Below are positions 1 to 13,400 of a stretch of DNA of 64,000 bases, in pieces (position 1 is the stretch's first letter; each line of letters opens with the position of its first letter). The translations under genes and the position numbers were made by a program. Source of the DNA: Octopus bimaculoides. Taxonomy: Eukaryota. The notes under the pieces are model-generated. The model was not told the origin of the DNA, did not search any database, and was given only the letters and a program-made list of their open reading frames with translations. The DNA lies in the NCBI RefSeq assembly GCF_001194135.2, contig NC_068987.1, positions 15,696,920-15,760,919 of the forward strand, written 5' to 3'.

Positions 1-582
1 TGTGTGTGTGTAAGGGCCAAGCATTCAGGGTTGAACTCTTCTTTGGACTGTCTCCAAAATGTGGAAAAGAGTGAATGATGATTCATTAGAGAAGATGACT
101 TTCTTCCATTTAATCAATGACCACTTCTGATAATCTAGACACTATTTTTTTCTGCTTATCAGTGTTGATAGGAGACAGGAGAAATTTAGCAGTTGCAGAC
201 CTTCCATGGTATCCAACTTTGTGGAGCTCATGTGTGTGTTTATGTTTGTCCCCCACCACTGCTTGACAACCAGTGTTGGTTTGTTTATATCCCTGTAACT
301 TAGCAATTTGGCATTGTGACTAGAATAAATACCAGACTTACAGTACAAGAGTTGATATGTTTGAGTAAACCCTTCAAGGCAGAGCCCAAGCATGGCCACG
401 GTCTAATCACCGAAAGGAGTAAAAGCAAAATGTTAAGGGATTCTCATTCCCATCTTTTTTCAGTCTTCTTTGTCTACATAGAGTATTTATTAATATTTCA
501 ATAATTCACATTTGCAATAAATCACAATGTCCATGTTATATTGTTCTATTTGTTAAAAAAGCTGCCTCTGCTCTGTTTGTAG

Positions 583-659
583 GCTGCCACAGATCTTTTG
601 GTACGTCAGAAGCAGTTGTCTGTGGGTCTTCCTCCCGACCGAGAGAAGATCATCACCAG
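583..659 (+). CDS. PHKA: PHKA exon ([25 protein letters not shown])
   Basis: gtag|GCT...CAG|gtatgt; 77 nt; phase 0 to 2. Confidence 0.93.
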
Positions 660-1717
660 GTATGTTCCAACAAGATCATCTTTGTCTTTCGTCCTTCTAG
701 ATCAAGTAAATAAAATACCAGTAAGATACTAGGGCTAAGTATAGTCTATTAATTCCCTCTCCTCGAAATTGTTGGCCATCTGTCTGATTAAGAAACAACT
801 ATTATAGTTTAGAAAATAACTTTGTGCTTGGATGTTGAGTTTTGGCTTTATATAGTCACATTGAATAATGGGCAAGACTTCTGCCTGTCCCCCACCCCAC
901 AAAACCAGCCTTTCTTAAAAAAATTTTTTTTCAACACAAACCCCCCTTTTCGGCTACGGGGAATACGAATCTGCAAGAAAATTGGCAAAAATCGACATTT
1001 CTAAATTACCACCCCCACCCACCCCCATTCCCTTCATTTTTAACTTTTCTCAGAATTTTTTTTTTCAAAATATTTGGAAAAATATGGAGATTATGATTCT
1101 GAAAAAAATTTACAAAAATCTTTATAAAATTTTTTTTCAAGAATTTTTTTTTTTTTCTAAATATGCGGAAAAATACAGACATTATGATTTGGACAAAAAT
1201 TTCAAAACATTTCTGTACTTACGGTTTTAGGGTTAAGGTTATGGTTTTAGGGTTAGAGTGTTAGGGTTAAGGTTTTAGAGTTAGTGTTGGGGAAAAAAGT
1301 CAAAATTGAAGAAGTTGGGGGGAAAGGGGGTGCAAAATTTTACAATGCTGATTTTTGGCAATTTTCCCGAATTTCTGTATCTGAAAACAGGAATTTTTGG
1401 CAAAAAAATTTTTTTTAAATAAACAAATTTGGGAGAAAGTGGGGTGGGGATGGGCGGAAGTCTTTCTAAATAATGTAACCTGAGATACGCTGTCTAAAAG
1501 CATATACACAATGGACACAGCTGGAATGCGTTTAATGATAGTCTTATTCTATCAAATGATGGCATTAGGAAGGGCATCCAGCCCTAGAAACCAAGCCAAA
1601 TCATAATGGAACTTGGTGCAGTTTCCCAGCTTGCCAGCACTGATCAATCCATCCAACCCATGCCAGCATAGAAAGCAGATGTTAAAGGATGATGATGACC
1701 ATGCCTAGATTTGCTTA

Positions 1718-1756
<39 letters not shown>

Positions 1757-2192
1757 CTATCCTTACTTGATAGTCTTTTGTTTATATTTCAGTCCCTTGC
1801 CACCAGATGAACTTTCTGAAATGATATACGAATCTTGTGGAGAAGATCTGAGTACTGCTGCTTTGACACAGGTCAGTTTTTCGTTTGTTTTTATTTTTGT
1901 GCGAGGAGGAGAGGGGGGTTCTTTTTTTTTTTCCTATTTTTTTATTGAATTATATGCAGGTATGGCTGTGTGATTAAGAAGCTCGCTTCCCAACCACATG
2001 GTTTCAGGTTCAGCCCCACTCTGCATGGTACCTTGGGTTAGCATTTTCTACCATAACCTCAGGCTGACCAAAGCCTTCTGAGTAGTGGATCTCATAGACA
2101 GAAACTGAAAGAAGCTTGTGTGTGTGTTTTGTTTTGTCCTGAACTGTCCATAATTATTTTCTTAATGTAAACCCTTGTGGTTAATAAAGAAA

Positions 2193-2241
<49 letters not shown>

Positions 2242-3680
2242 TAAGGAGTGAGATGGCAGAATCGTTAGCATGCCAAGCAAAATGCTTAGTGGTATTTTGT
2301 CCATCCTTACTGCCTATCATCCTTTGGGTTTCAATAAATTAAGTACTAGTCAAGTACTGGGGTCGACCATCCCCCTCCCCACAAATTTCAAGCCTTGTGC
2401 CCTTAGTAGAAAGGATTATTATTATTATTATCTTTCACTAGTTTTATTTTTATAGTGTGCTTTCACTTCACTACCGAGCGCAGCTCTGTGTGCCTGGGGT
2501 ATGTGCTGTGGTTTGCTCTTATGGTTTGCTCTTATGGTTACTCTATTGAAAGTGTTTTGCGTAGGATGTGTGCAGTGCCCAGTAGTGCAATTTTCTGTAT
2601 GTTATATATATTTGTAAGTCCTGGTGTTTTTGTTGTTATTATTATTATTATTATTATTATTAAGGTGGCATTCTGGCAAAAGTTATTAGCACACCAGGCA
2701 AAATGCCGCTAAGCATTTTGTCCGTCATTACATTCTGAGTTAAAATTCCACCAAGGTCGACTTTGCTTTTCATCCCTTTTGGGACCAATAAAATAACTAC
2801 CAGTAGAGCACTGGAGTTGATGTAATCAACTTATCCCCTCCACTCAAAATTTCTGGCCTTGTGCCAAAATTTGAAACCCATTATTATTGTTGTTGTTATT
2901 AACTTGCATTCACTCTGCCTAGCTAACATGGGCTGGATAGGACTTTATGAGGTAATGTTTTAATGTTAGATTGCCTGTGAACCCCCTTTTACTAACCTCT
3001 TACAACTCATAGGGGTACAATGTACCTATTCTAAAAATTGTGTTACATAAAGAAATATTTAATCTTTGATAAATTCAAATTACGACAAACGTAAATAAAC
3101 AAACGAAGTTTGCTTTTAGAAGCATTGAGATGTCTTTTAGAAAGTTAAAGAAGTGATTTTAAATTCTCAATCGCAGAATAATGCTAATAATATAGCCTGA
3201 ACAGGATAAACTATCCCTATTTTGCAGAGAAAAGTGTAGGTGGCTAGCTGTGGACTCGAACTCACATCCCCGTGATTACATGTCACGATGCTTTGACCGA
3301 TTAAGCTAAACTATCTTTGAAATAAATAGGAAGATTTATAATCCTAATTGTTTCTTTTGTTTTCTCCAGGAATTATTAATGTATTTGGCTATGTTTATCC
3401 GCACTGAGCCGCAGCTTTTCAAAGAAATGTTACGTCTCCGTGTGGGGCTCATCATCCAGGTGATGGCCTCAGAATTGGCCAGGACTCTCAAATGTACAGG
3501 TACGCACAAAACATTGTTTTGACGTCTCAATTTTATTATCTGAATTGTTCACTGATTAAAGATGGGGGCATGGCAGAATCATTAGTGTGTCAGACAAAAT
3601 ACCTTGCAATATTTGTTCCAGTTTTTTATGTTCTGAGTTCAAATCCTGCTGAGGTCAGCTTATGTATACATGTATGTGCA

Positions 3681-3777
<97 letters not shown>

Positions 3778-5244
3778 TTACAAATATTCTATGATAGTTA
3801 TAAATGATTATCAAGCAGTGTCATTCATTTTCTGTATTCTGCAAAGTCATGTCTGGCCAAAGAGAAATACTACCTTACTTAGAAATAGGTAAGGTTTGAT
3901 ATTTCAATGATGCAATTGTTTATTTTTAGAATGACATTGTAGGGTAGGTGTAAGAAGCCAGATCTGGCTGGTTTGGACATAAAGCAAGTAGAAAATTTGG
4001 GGCTGGATATGGCCGGTTTAAATGCTTAAGGGTTAATGAATAAATTCCATACTGACTTGGATTCTCTGCTTGTATTGAAGGAGAAGAAGCTTCTGATCAC
4101 CTGTTGAATTTGAGTCCATTTGAAATGAAGACACTTCTTCATCATATTCTTAGTGGGAAAGAATTTGTAATTAGCGCAGGTGAGTAAAATTCTTTTGCAA
4201 CTGTTCGTGTGTTGTTGTTGTTGTAAGCCTCAGGACAGTCCTGATTGGTCAAATCTATGATCAATGGCATTGTAGCCATTTCTCTCCTATCGTTCTTTCA
4301 GGCATTGCATATTTAAAACTACATTATCCAGTATGTAATTCCCTTTTCCAAGTCAGTAAGGTGTCCTTTAAAGAAGATTCGGCTGCTTTTTCTAGCAGGC
4401 TTAAACAATCACATAGAGACCCCCCCTGATCTGAAGTTGACACACTTTTAATCAACATCTTGTATGAGTAAGCTTGGTCCTTTGCATTACACATCCTACA
4501 GGCCAGATGATGGCTTGACTACAGAGGAATAGTAACTGTGAAATGGTTTTGATGGTGTGACATTAATTGCAAATTGTGACACTTGATGCACACACAACAC
4601 TGAAGCAGCAGAAAATAATGTGCAATGGTTTTATTTAATGTGTTTGTGGATCCTGTATTGACTGTGTAATACACTGCAGTTCAAAGTATGTTATTAATGA
4701 CATACTGTAAAGTAAGTCATTAGAATCATGTGAGTATATATATATATTTATATATTTGTATGCATATATGTGTGATGTGTGTGCATGCATGATGTTTGGT
4801 CTTTGGTATTTCATCAAAGAGTAGTTTCATGTTAATTATTCTTATTATTGGTTAAGAGTAAAATATTTACCTGATTAATTAAATCTTTGAATTACCAGAA
4901 CAATAACCAGCAGCTACAATATATATATAACTTATAAGGGTGAAAAATTAAGTATTAATTTAATTAATATCAATTTAAAACCCGTGGCTTAGCATATTGA
5001 AAAATCTGAAGATTCAGAAAAATTATATTACATACATGTAAGAGGGATGACCACTAAGTGGACATCCATTATGCTAGAAGAAGACCACCTATGGTCTGAC
5101 CACTAAGAAGAGATTGATTTTGTATCTTTTCATCGCTTATGTTCTGGCGTTTGCTGAATTTTCTTGAGAACAATCTGTTCTTAGTGGTCAGATCATAGGT
5201 GGTCTTCTTCTAGCATAATGGATGTCCACTTAGTGGTCATCCCT

Positions 5245-5282
<38 letters not shown>

Positions 5283-5372
5283 NNNNNNNNNNNNNNNNNN
5301 NNNNNNNNNNNNNNNNNNNNNNNNNNNNNNNNNNNNNNNNNNNNNNNNNNNNNNNNNNNNNNNNNNNNNNNN

Positions 5373-5410
<38 letters not shown>

Positions 5411-6717
5411 GAGAAAGATGATTTGGGTGTAGTGTAGAATTTATTTGAAAACTAAGTCTATCCTTTATCATCATTCTCAGCTATTATCTGCCTGTTATGA
5501 GATGAAGACCTCTGCAACCTCACAGGCTTCAAGGTGTGTTCCAGAAGTTTCAAAACTTTTGCAGGAGAGACATTTATTCATTTCAAAGAAGTACAAAAAC
5601 TCTAATTTCCTTCAAAACAGGATCCTCTGACTTCAATGCACTTGTAGTGCATTCCAACCACTTTGTGAAGGCCCCATGGAAGTCCTCAAAAGTGATGATA
5701 TCCGGGACTCTTTTCACAGCTCCCTTCATTTTCTTGATATCTTCAAAATGATGGTCCTTGAAGTTCTTCTTTAAGCTTGGGAAATAACCAAAAGTCACAG
5801 GGAACAAGGTTTTGACTGTAGGAAGGGTGAGGAACAGTTTAGAGGACCATCTCTGTCAAGTAGTTGGTTACCAGGATGGAATTGTGGACTGGTACATTGT
5901 CCTGGTACACATGCCACCAACCTGGATGGAAGGGCTCTGGCCTTTTGCAAAGAAATCTCTTCCTGAAATCCCTCAAAACCTTCACAGAGTACTCTTTTCA
6001 GCCGTCTGACCAAAGGAAACTAAGTGGATGTAGATGATGTCCTTTGTCATCGTCATCATCATCATTTAACGTCCGCTTTCCATGCTAGCATGGGTAGGAC
6101 GATTTGACTGAGGACTGGTGAAACCAGATGGCTACACCAGGCTCCAATCTGATTTGGCAGAGTTTCTACAGCTGGATGCTCTTCCTAATACCAACCACTC
6201 TGAGAGTGTAGTGGGTGTTTTTACGTGCCACCTGCACGGGAGCCAGTCCAGCGGCACTGGCAACAATCTCGCTCGAATGTCTTTACAAGTGCCAGGGCAT
6301 GTGGAAAAGGGGATCATCATGGGCTTCCTCATGGACTTGAATCCGGGAAACTGAGGGTATTTCTTATTGAGCACTCTGTCTCTGAATCATAACAGTATAT
6401 CCAACTTTTGTCACAGGTTACCAAAAAATGCAAGTACTATTGGATTGGCGGAAATAAGCTCAGCCATCTCGCTGCAGTCACCAATGTGTCTTTCTTTCTG
6501 TTTCATCACTGCGTACCATTTTTTTTTTTTAACTTGTTTCAGTCATTTGACTGCGGCCATGCTGGAGCACCGCCTTTAGTCGAGCAAATCGACCCCAGGA
6601 CTTATTCTTTGTAAGCCTAGTACTTATTCTATCGGTCTCTTATGCCGAACTGCTAAGTTACGGGGACGTAAACACACCAGCATCGGTTGTCAAGTGATGT
6701 TGGGGGGACAAACACAG

Positions 6718-6758
<41 letters not shown>

Positions 6759-6954
6759 NNNNNNNNNNACTTGTTTCAGTCATTTGACTGCGGCCATGCT
6801 GGAGCACCGCCTTTAGTCGAGCAAATCGACCCCAGGACTTATTCTTTGTAAGCCTAGTACTTATTCTATCGGTCTCTTATGCCGAACTGCTAAGTTACGG
6901 GGACGTAAACACACCAGCATCGGTTGTCAAGTGATGTTGGGGGGACAAACACAG

Positions 6955-7001
<47 letters not shown>

Positions 7002-8240
7002 TACGATGGGCTTCTTTCAGTTTCCGTCTACCAAATCCACTCACAAGGCTTTGGTCGGCCCGAGGCTATAGTAGAAGACACTTGCCCAAGGTGCTACGCA
7101 GTGAGACTGAACTCGGAACCATGTGGTTAGTAAGCAAGCTACTTACCACACAGCCACTCCTGCACCTAGGGAACAATCTTTGGACATGATCAGATCCTCA
7201 TGAATAATTCTGTGTACAGTTGACACACCAACTCCAAACTGTATGTTTATTATCTTTATAGACACACGACAGTCTTCATCCAGAAAATTGCCAATTTTCT
7301 CAACCAATTCTAATGCTCTGATGTCCCTCTTACTCCCACACTTTTCATTGTCTCTCACCTCCTCTACAATCCACAAACCTCTTGTGTCAACAAAAAACAG
7401 ATGCTCAGCTCATACAAGTTAATCAATAAGCATTCTGGAGTATTTCATAATTTTCTGTAGCATTTTTGCCCAGTTTAACAAAACTTTATTGCATTATGAG
7501 CTTTGAAATTCTTTTCATATCTTGTCTGCATTCTGCAAACTAGTCAGCTGTTACAATCAGTGTTTATTAGGGTATGTTCAAAGTGCTGTTACAGCTGTCT
7601 CCTTCAATATAGAACAAAAAGTTAGCAGCTCAGCTTATAAGATGTGTCATAAAGATATAGTAAAAGTACAGTAATCTAGGACAGTTATAACTTCCTCTCC
7701 TAAAATAAACTCAAAACTTCTCACTAGACTCACTCAATTCCTACCATCATCAAAAAATGAATGCTAAAAGGGACAATGATATATTTGTGTATTTGCATGT
7801 GTGTGTTTGTATGTGCATCTGTTTTGTCTGTATCTGTGTATATGTGCACACATATGTATGTGTGTGGGCATAAGTTGATTAATTGCTTATATATTTTCTG
7901 CTCCCAGGAAAAAAAGACAAAAAGGGTAAGCAGACACTAAACTCCATATGCATTTATATATTTATGTATATGTTTATATAACTTCTATACTCAATTGTTT
8001 TTCTCTCCCTTTGTATATGTAACACTGTTTTAATATTGATAAATATTTTAATCGATTTTTTTCCCCAGTCTTACGTCTTTTCTTAATATATTGTTGTTAT
8101 TTATTTTGTCACCATACATACATACGTACATGCATACATACATATATACATATATATATGTGTATATATATATATATATATGCATATGTATATATATATG
8201 CACATGTATGTATATGTATGTATATGTATGTATATATATA

Positions 8241-8283
<43 letters not shown>

Positions 8284-8524
8284 GCTGACACTCGTTGATG
8301 CTGCATCGAAGGGGCCAGGGAATAGAAGAAAGAAGACATGCACCCAACACCAGAGCTGAAGACACCTCCGAAAGGAGGGGCCCCGCCACGTCAAAACGGT
8401 AGAGGAGTAGGGGCCGAAACCGGATGTGGTTCCTCCTGATGATGTCTTCAGCTAACTGGATCCTATAAAGGAGCTGTTGTGGTAGCAGACCACGAAACAT
8501 GGTTGAAATTCCTTCCTATATATG

Positions 8525-8555
<31 letters not shown>

Positions 8556-10455
8556 GTATGTATATATATATATATATGTGTGTGTATATAATCTTTTCAG
8601 TGTATATCATATTTCTTCTGTCCTTACCACACCACACCATTCTTTTTATCACTTTTATCATAGGGTATCACATTAACACACATTCTTTCTCTATTTTCAA
8701 CTATCATTTATTTTCGTCCCTCTCTTCTAACATTTAAAACTCTGTTCTCATTCCTTGCCAATTGTTCTGATGCACTTGACATTTTCTGTCATGAAATGCT
8801 TCTTTGTCATCAGAAAAATCCATCAGCTATTTTAATAGTGAAATGTGTGTAATAATCTTCTTGGCACCGTTGATCATGTGTTCAAAATTATCTCATCGGT
8901 GCCAAGGACTTTATGTTTCACTATGTTATTGATGCCATGGCTGTGCATTTGCAGATTATGAATGTAAAACCAGTTTTATATGGTGGGTTACTATACACTT
9001 GGGTTTGTACCAGTGAATAACTCGTAATTCTGCTGATGTTTGACATATTTATGTCAGTTGGACATGAGGACATGAAGCAATTGTAGAAGTAAAATTTACA
9101 CTACTGATTAATAATAATAATAATAATAATAATGATAATAATAATGATAATGATAATGAGAAGCTGAATCACTAAATGCAACTGCTCAGGAAGAAGCCAT
9201 TATAATGAATTTAATAAAGAAAAATGTTAATGAAACTCATTCAGACAACAAATGCAGAAGGTGTTGAAAAAGGGAAGAAATTATGAATGATCTTTTAAGA
9301 GAATGCAGTAAACTTAGCACAAAAAGAGTATACAAGTAAACATGGTATTATGTAATAATAATAATGAAATTATTGTGTATAGTGCTCAGGTGCACTACAA
9401 CAGTGTCAGTAAAAGAGTGAATTTGGATGTCAGTTAAGTCTCTGGAATTGAAGTGATGGAAAATTGATATAAACACGAGTCAAAAGACTGGGATGGTGAA
9501 TGACCATTGCAGGATTTTATAGGATTTCTTCATGGAGACTGACCATATTATTGAAACAAGGGGATGAGATATGATCTTGATGGACACAAAGACAAATTGT
9601 ATAAGATGATTGTGTTTGCAATCAAATATGAAAGCAGAGTGGCTTTCGTGAAAACTGAGGTAGTTGAGAAATATCAGAACATAGCCAGAAAGCTAAAGAG
9701 CTTTTGAACATACAAATGACAATTGCATCCAGCAACTTTCTTCTGATCCATGCCTTGCAAAACAGTCTTTCTATAGAATCAGGAAATTCATCTCAATATC
9801 CAACACCTTCAATCAACCATTTAAACTTCTTGTAACTGATCCTAAAGCTTCTCTTATAATTGGCAACTTTATTACAATTCCAGATTTTCTGCTCTTCATA
9901 TTTTAGGTTCTAGTATTTTCCTATTTACTCTCATTCCTTGCCTATTAATCTTGTATCAAAGTGACGAACAACATTGATTAAGCAACACTCTTTTACTCTA
10001 TACTGAGCATGATGCTATCTGGGTGTGATTATTCCTTCTGCTTATCCATTTGAATTTTTGTATCCCTTAAATACCTTTACATGATCATTTCAAGGATGTG
10101 TTGTCTTATGGTCATTCCATCTTTCCACATCATCAAAGCTAAATTTTTTACAGATTCATCAATGCACAATTGTATCGACTTTGTCTTGTATCCAGTTCTT
10201 CTAAACTCTCTGAAAAAGTATTCCATCTTCAGAAGAAACTGCATGTGCAACTATCTCTTCTCTTTCACCACACACTCTACATGCATCCAAGATGTCTTCC
10301 ATATGTATATTGTTATTCATGTATGTTGTTCTGATTGCTTCACCCTGTGCAACTATGACCAAACCCTCTCTCTCTTTCTTCAAAATCCCCACCTTATCCA
10401 TTGAAATGGCTTCTGATCTTGGTTTTGAAGGTCAGTGATTGAGATTATGAATATG

Positions 10456-10487
<32 letters not shown>

Positions 10488-13400
10488 ATTCTACCTAAAT
10501 TTGTAGTCACCTGCTTATGTAAAACGTTGATTTATAAATCTTTGTTGTTACTACAATTAATAGAGCAGTATATTATCATTATTATTAATAAATACCATTA
10601 TTATTATTATTAATAATCATTAATTTTAATATGAATCCTCATTAATATTATTCTTAATGTAAATCATTAACAAGACTGTATAAATCCTTATTATTATTGA
10701 AATTATTATTATTATTAAAATATAACAATTATAATTAATACTATATATCATAAATATTAATTATATAAATCATCATTTGTATTATTTAATATAAATTACA
10801 ATAAAAATATTTCGTTCGCCAATTTATATCTATGCCCGGAACTATTATTATAACAATTATTATTGTCAATGTTGTTATTGTTATTATTATTATTTTTATG
10901 GCAGTAAGCTGGCAGAATCGTTAGCCCATTGGACAAAATACTCTGCAGCATTTCACCTATCTTTTATGCTCTGAGTTCAAATTCCACCGAGGTCAACATT
11001 GCCGTTCGTCTTTTTGCAGTCAATGAAATAAGTACCAGCTTTGGACTGGGGTCAATGTAATCGACTATACTCCTGTCCCCAAATTTCAGGCCTTGTGTCT
11101 ATAGTAAAAAGGATTATTATTATTATTATTACTAACACGGTAAGCAGGCAGAAACATTAGTACGCCAGACAAAATGCTTTGCGGCATTTCTTTCGTCGTT
11201 ACATTCTGAGTTCAAATTATGCTGAGATTGACTTTACCTTTCATCCTTTCAGGATTGATAAATTAAGGACCAGTTGAGCATTGTGATCGATGTAATCAAC
11301 TAACCCCCACCCCTAAATTTCAGGCCTTGTGCTTATTGTATAAAAGGATTATTATTATTATTATTATTATTATAATGTTCAAATTCCTCTTAGGTCGACT
11401 TGGCCTTTCATCAATTGGAGTCGATAAATTAAGTACCAGTGAAACACGGGTCGATGTAATCGACTAATCCCCTCCCCCAAAATTTCAGGCCTTGTGCCTT
11501 TAGTAGAAAGTATTATTATTATTAATTATTAGGGTGGTAAGCTGGCAGAATTGTTAGCATGCCAGGCAAAATGCTTAGCAAACATTTCATTTATCTTTAT
11601 ATTCTGAGTTCAAATTCCGCTGAGGTCGACTTTGCCTTTCATCCTTTTGGGGTCGATAAAATAAGTACAAGTTGAACACTGGGGTTGATTTAATCAACTT
11701 AGCCCCCCACCCACCCAACCTGCTGGCCATATGCCAAAATTTAAGCCATTATTGTCGTTATTATGATTATTGTGTTTGTTGTTGATATTCTTACCAGTAT
11801 TATTATTATTACCAATATTATCATTATTATTTTTGCTATTATTATTATTACTGGTATTATTATTATAATTATTGTTGTTGTTATTCTTAACATTATTATT
11901 GTTGTTGTTGTGTTGTTATTGTTGTTGTTAGGGAAGCAGGGTTGTACAAACAGTACAATACTGGAGTAAATTTCTTCAGAAATAAACAACATTTAGCAAA
12001 ATATAGCAGAGCAGCTTAAGCTTCTGTATTAATAAACACGAAATTCTGTCTGTCAGCCTGTTTGTCCAGGATCCCTGTCTACATTTGCTCTATATAGACA
12101 TATACCTTTTTGGAATCAGGATGATCTCAGGATAGAAAACCTACCTTTTATTTGGTTCTTGAACATCCAGCATTGGGATCTGAATTAAAAGCATTTGGGT
12201 TGCTATTTCTAGCAGGTTGATTCACACCATCTTGTTTGGCGTTTGTCAGATGATGTCAGAGATCAAGACAGAGATAAATGACATTCACTTCATTAATTTT
12301 ATGTTGAGATAAGAATGATGATGATGACGGTGATAAGAACTTTGGGACAAATTAGCCAACAGTTGAATGATTGCATTGCAGAATTAATTCTCATCTGTCC
12401 TTAACCTCTGACCAAGCACCACCTGGACATATAGTCATTATAGACATATTGTAGTCATGCTCTTTAGTTTTGGGTTGCAGGCCCAATTAGCCCTTCACAG
12501 GAGCTAGCTTAAAAGTTTGCATGGAGTGCAGCTTTTTAGCTAGTCATATATAAAAATCATATTATATCATTTGGACTGGTGCCTAGTATAGCAACATGCT
12601 TCACCTTGATTCAATATTCATAGCAAGGAATAACTTTGTGAAGCAATGGCATGGCTGTGTGGTTAAGAAGCTAATTTCCTAACTTCATGGTTTCGGGTTC
12701 AATCCCATTGTACATCACCTTGGGCAAGTGTCTTCTACTCCAGCACCAAGCTGATCACAACCTTGTGAGTGAACTAGGTTGACAGAAATTGAAAGGAGCC
12801 CCTTATAAATTTGTATATATTTATATATATTTATTTACTTATGTGGTGAGTGAGAGGGGAAGAGAAAGAGCGAAAGGACTAGAGTAAGGAAAGACTAAAG
12901 AAACTTCTGAAAATATTTTAAAGCATGCACAATGTGTAGTCGTTTTTTTTTTTTAAATGAACCTTTGAAGCTGTATTGTGTCCTTCGTCACATGACTGTG
13001 ATATTGTATTCTCATTTATTTCTGTAATACCCCAATAATGATTTTTTTGCTTTTCAGTAAACATATGATATAAATATGATCTTATATTATCTATGACAGA
13101 AACCTGATATTGTTGTTATATCGTTTATCAAATTGGTTTGTTTTATATTGTTTGTGTTGTTCTGTTCATAATATGTATATTATATCTTTCATCCTATAAT
13201 CACAAGTATTGCAACAATATTGCAGTCTAAACAATGACTCTTTATCGATCTTGTAAATTGTATTATATTTCTTATAATCACTGGATATTTTTGGTTTTGC
13301 TTTTTGAGTGGGGGTTTTTTTTTTGATAATTTGTTTTATTTTATTGAGTGTTGAAATAGCTTTGGATGTGAACAAATATTTTTGAATGAATGTTATATTT

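Larger units (their letters stand above)
5530..7530 (-). mobile_element. Mariner (DD34D) transposon fossil, interrupted by an RTE tail and a SINE
   Basis: Fragments translate as mariner transposase: N-terminal [29 protein letters not shown] (7143-7376), VTCDESWIYCYD (~6400), HQDNVPVH..VPCDFW (~5790-5910) and C-terminal [18 protein letters not shown] (5583-5807). Contains stops and frameshifts; ends are approximate. Confidence 0.8.

Noticed and set aside
6530-6990. Exact ~225-bp direct duplication of a SINE half
   Set aside because: The copies flank a 10-N gap and end in a TA microsatellite, typical of overlapping contig ends (assembly artefact)
7680-7770. Possible nested genes in the 19.7-kb PHKA intron
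   Set aside because: Apart from transposon remnants and the candidate exon at 18943, I found no spliceable coding sequence with recognisable homology
8048-8737. ORFs rich in YI/YT/HT repeats (also 36479-37067, 41482-41970, 49885-50221, 3492-3814)
   Set aside because: Translations of (TA)n/(CA)n/(GA)n microsatellites; no coding signal
10899-11745. CRISPR-like array of repeated units
   Set aside because: Units are ~220-bp diverged SINEs in eukaryotic DNA; no short repeats with unique spacers and no cas genes
11741-11992. Hydrophobic poly-Ile ORFs that look like membrane proteins (also 2092-2304, 30196-30402)
   Set aside because: Translations of (ATT)n tracts
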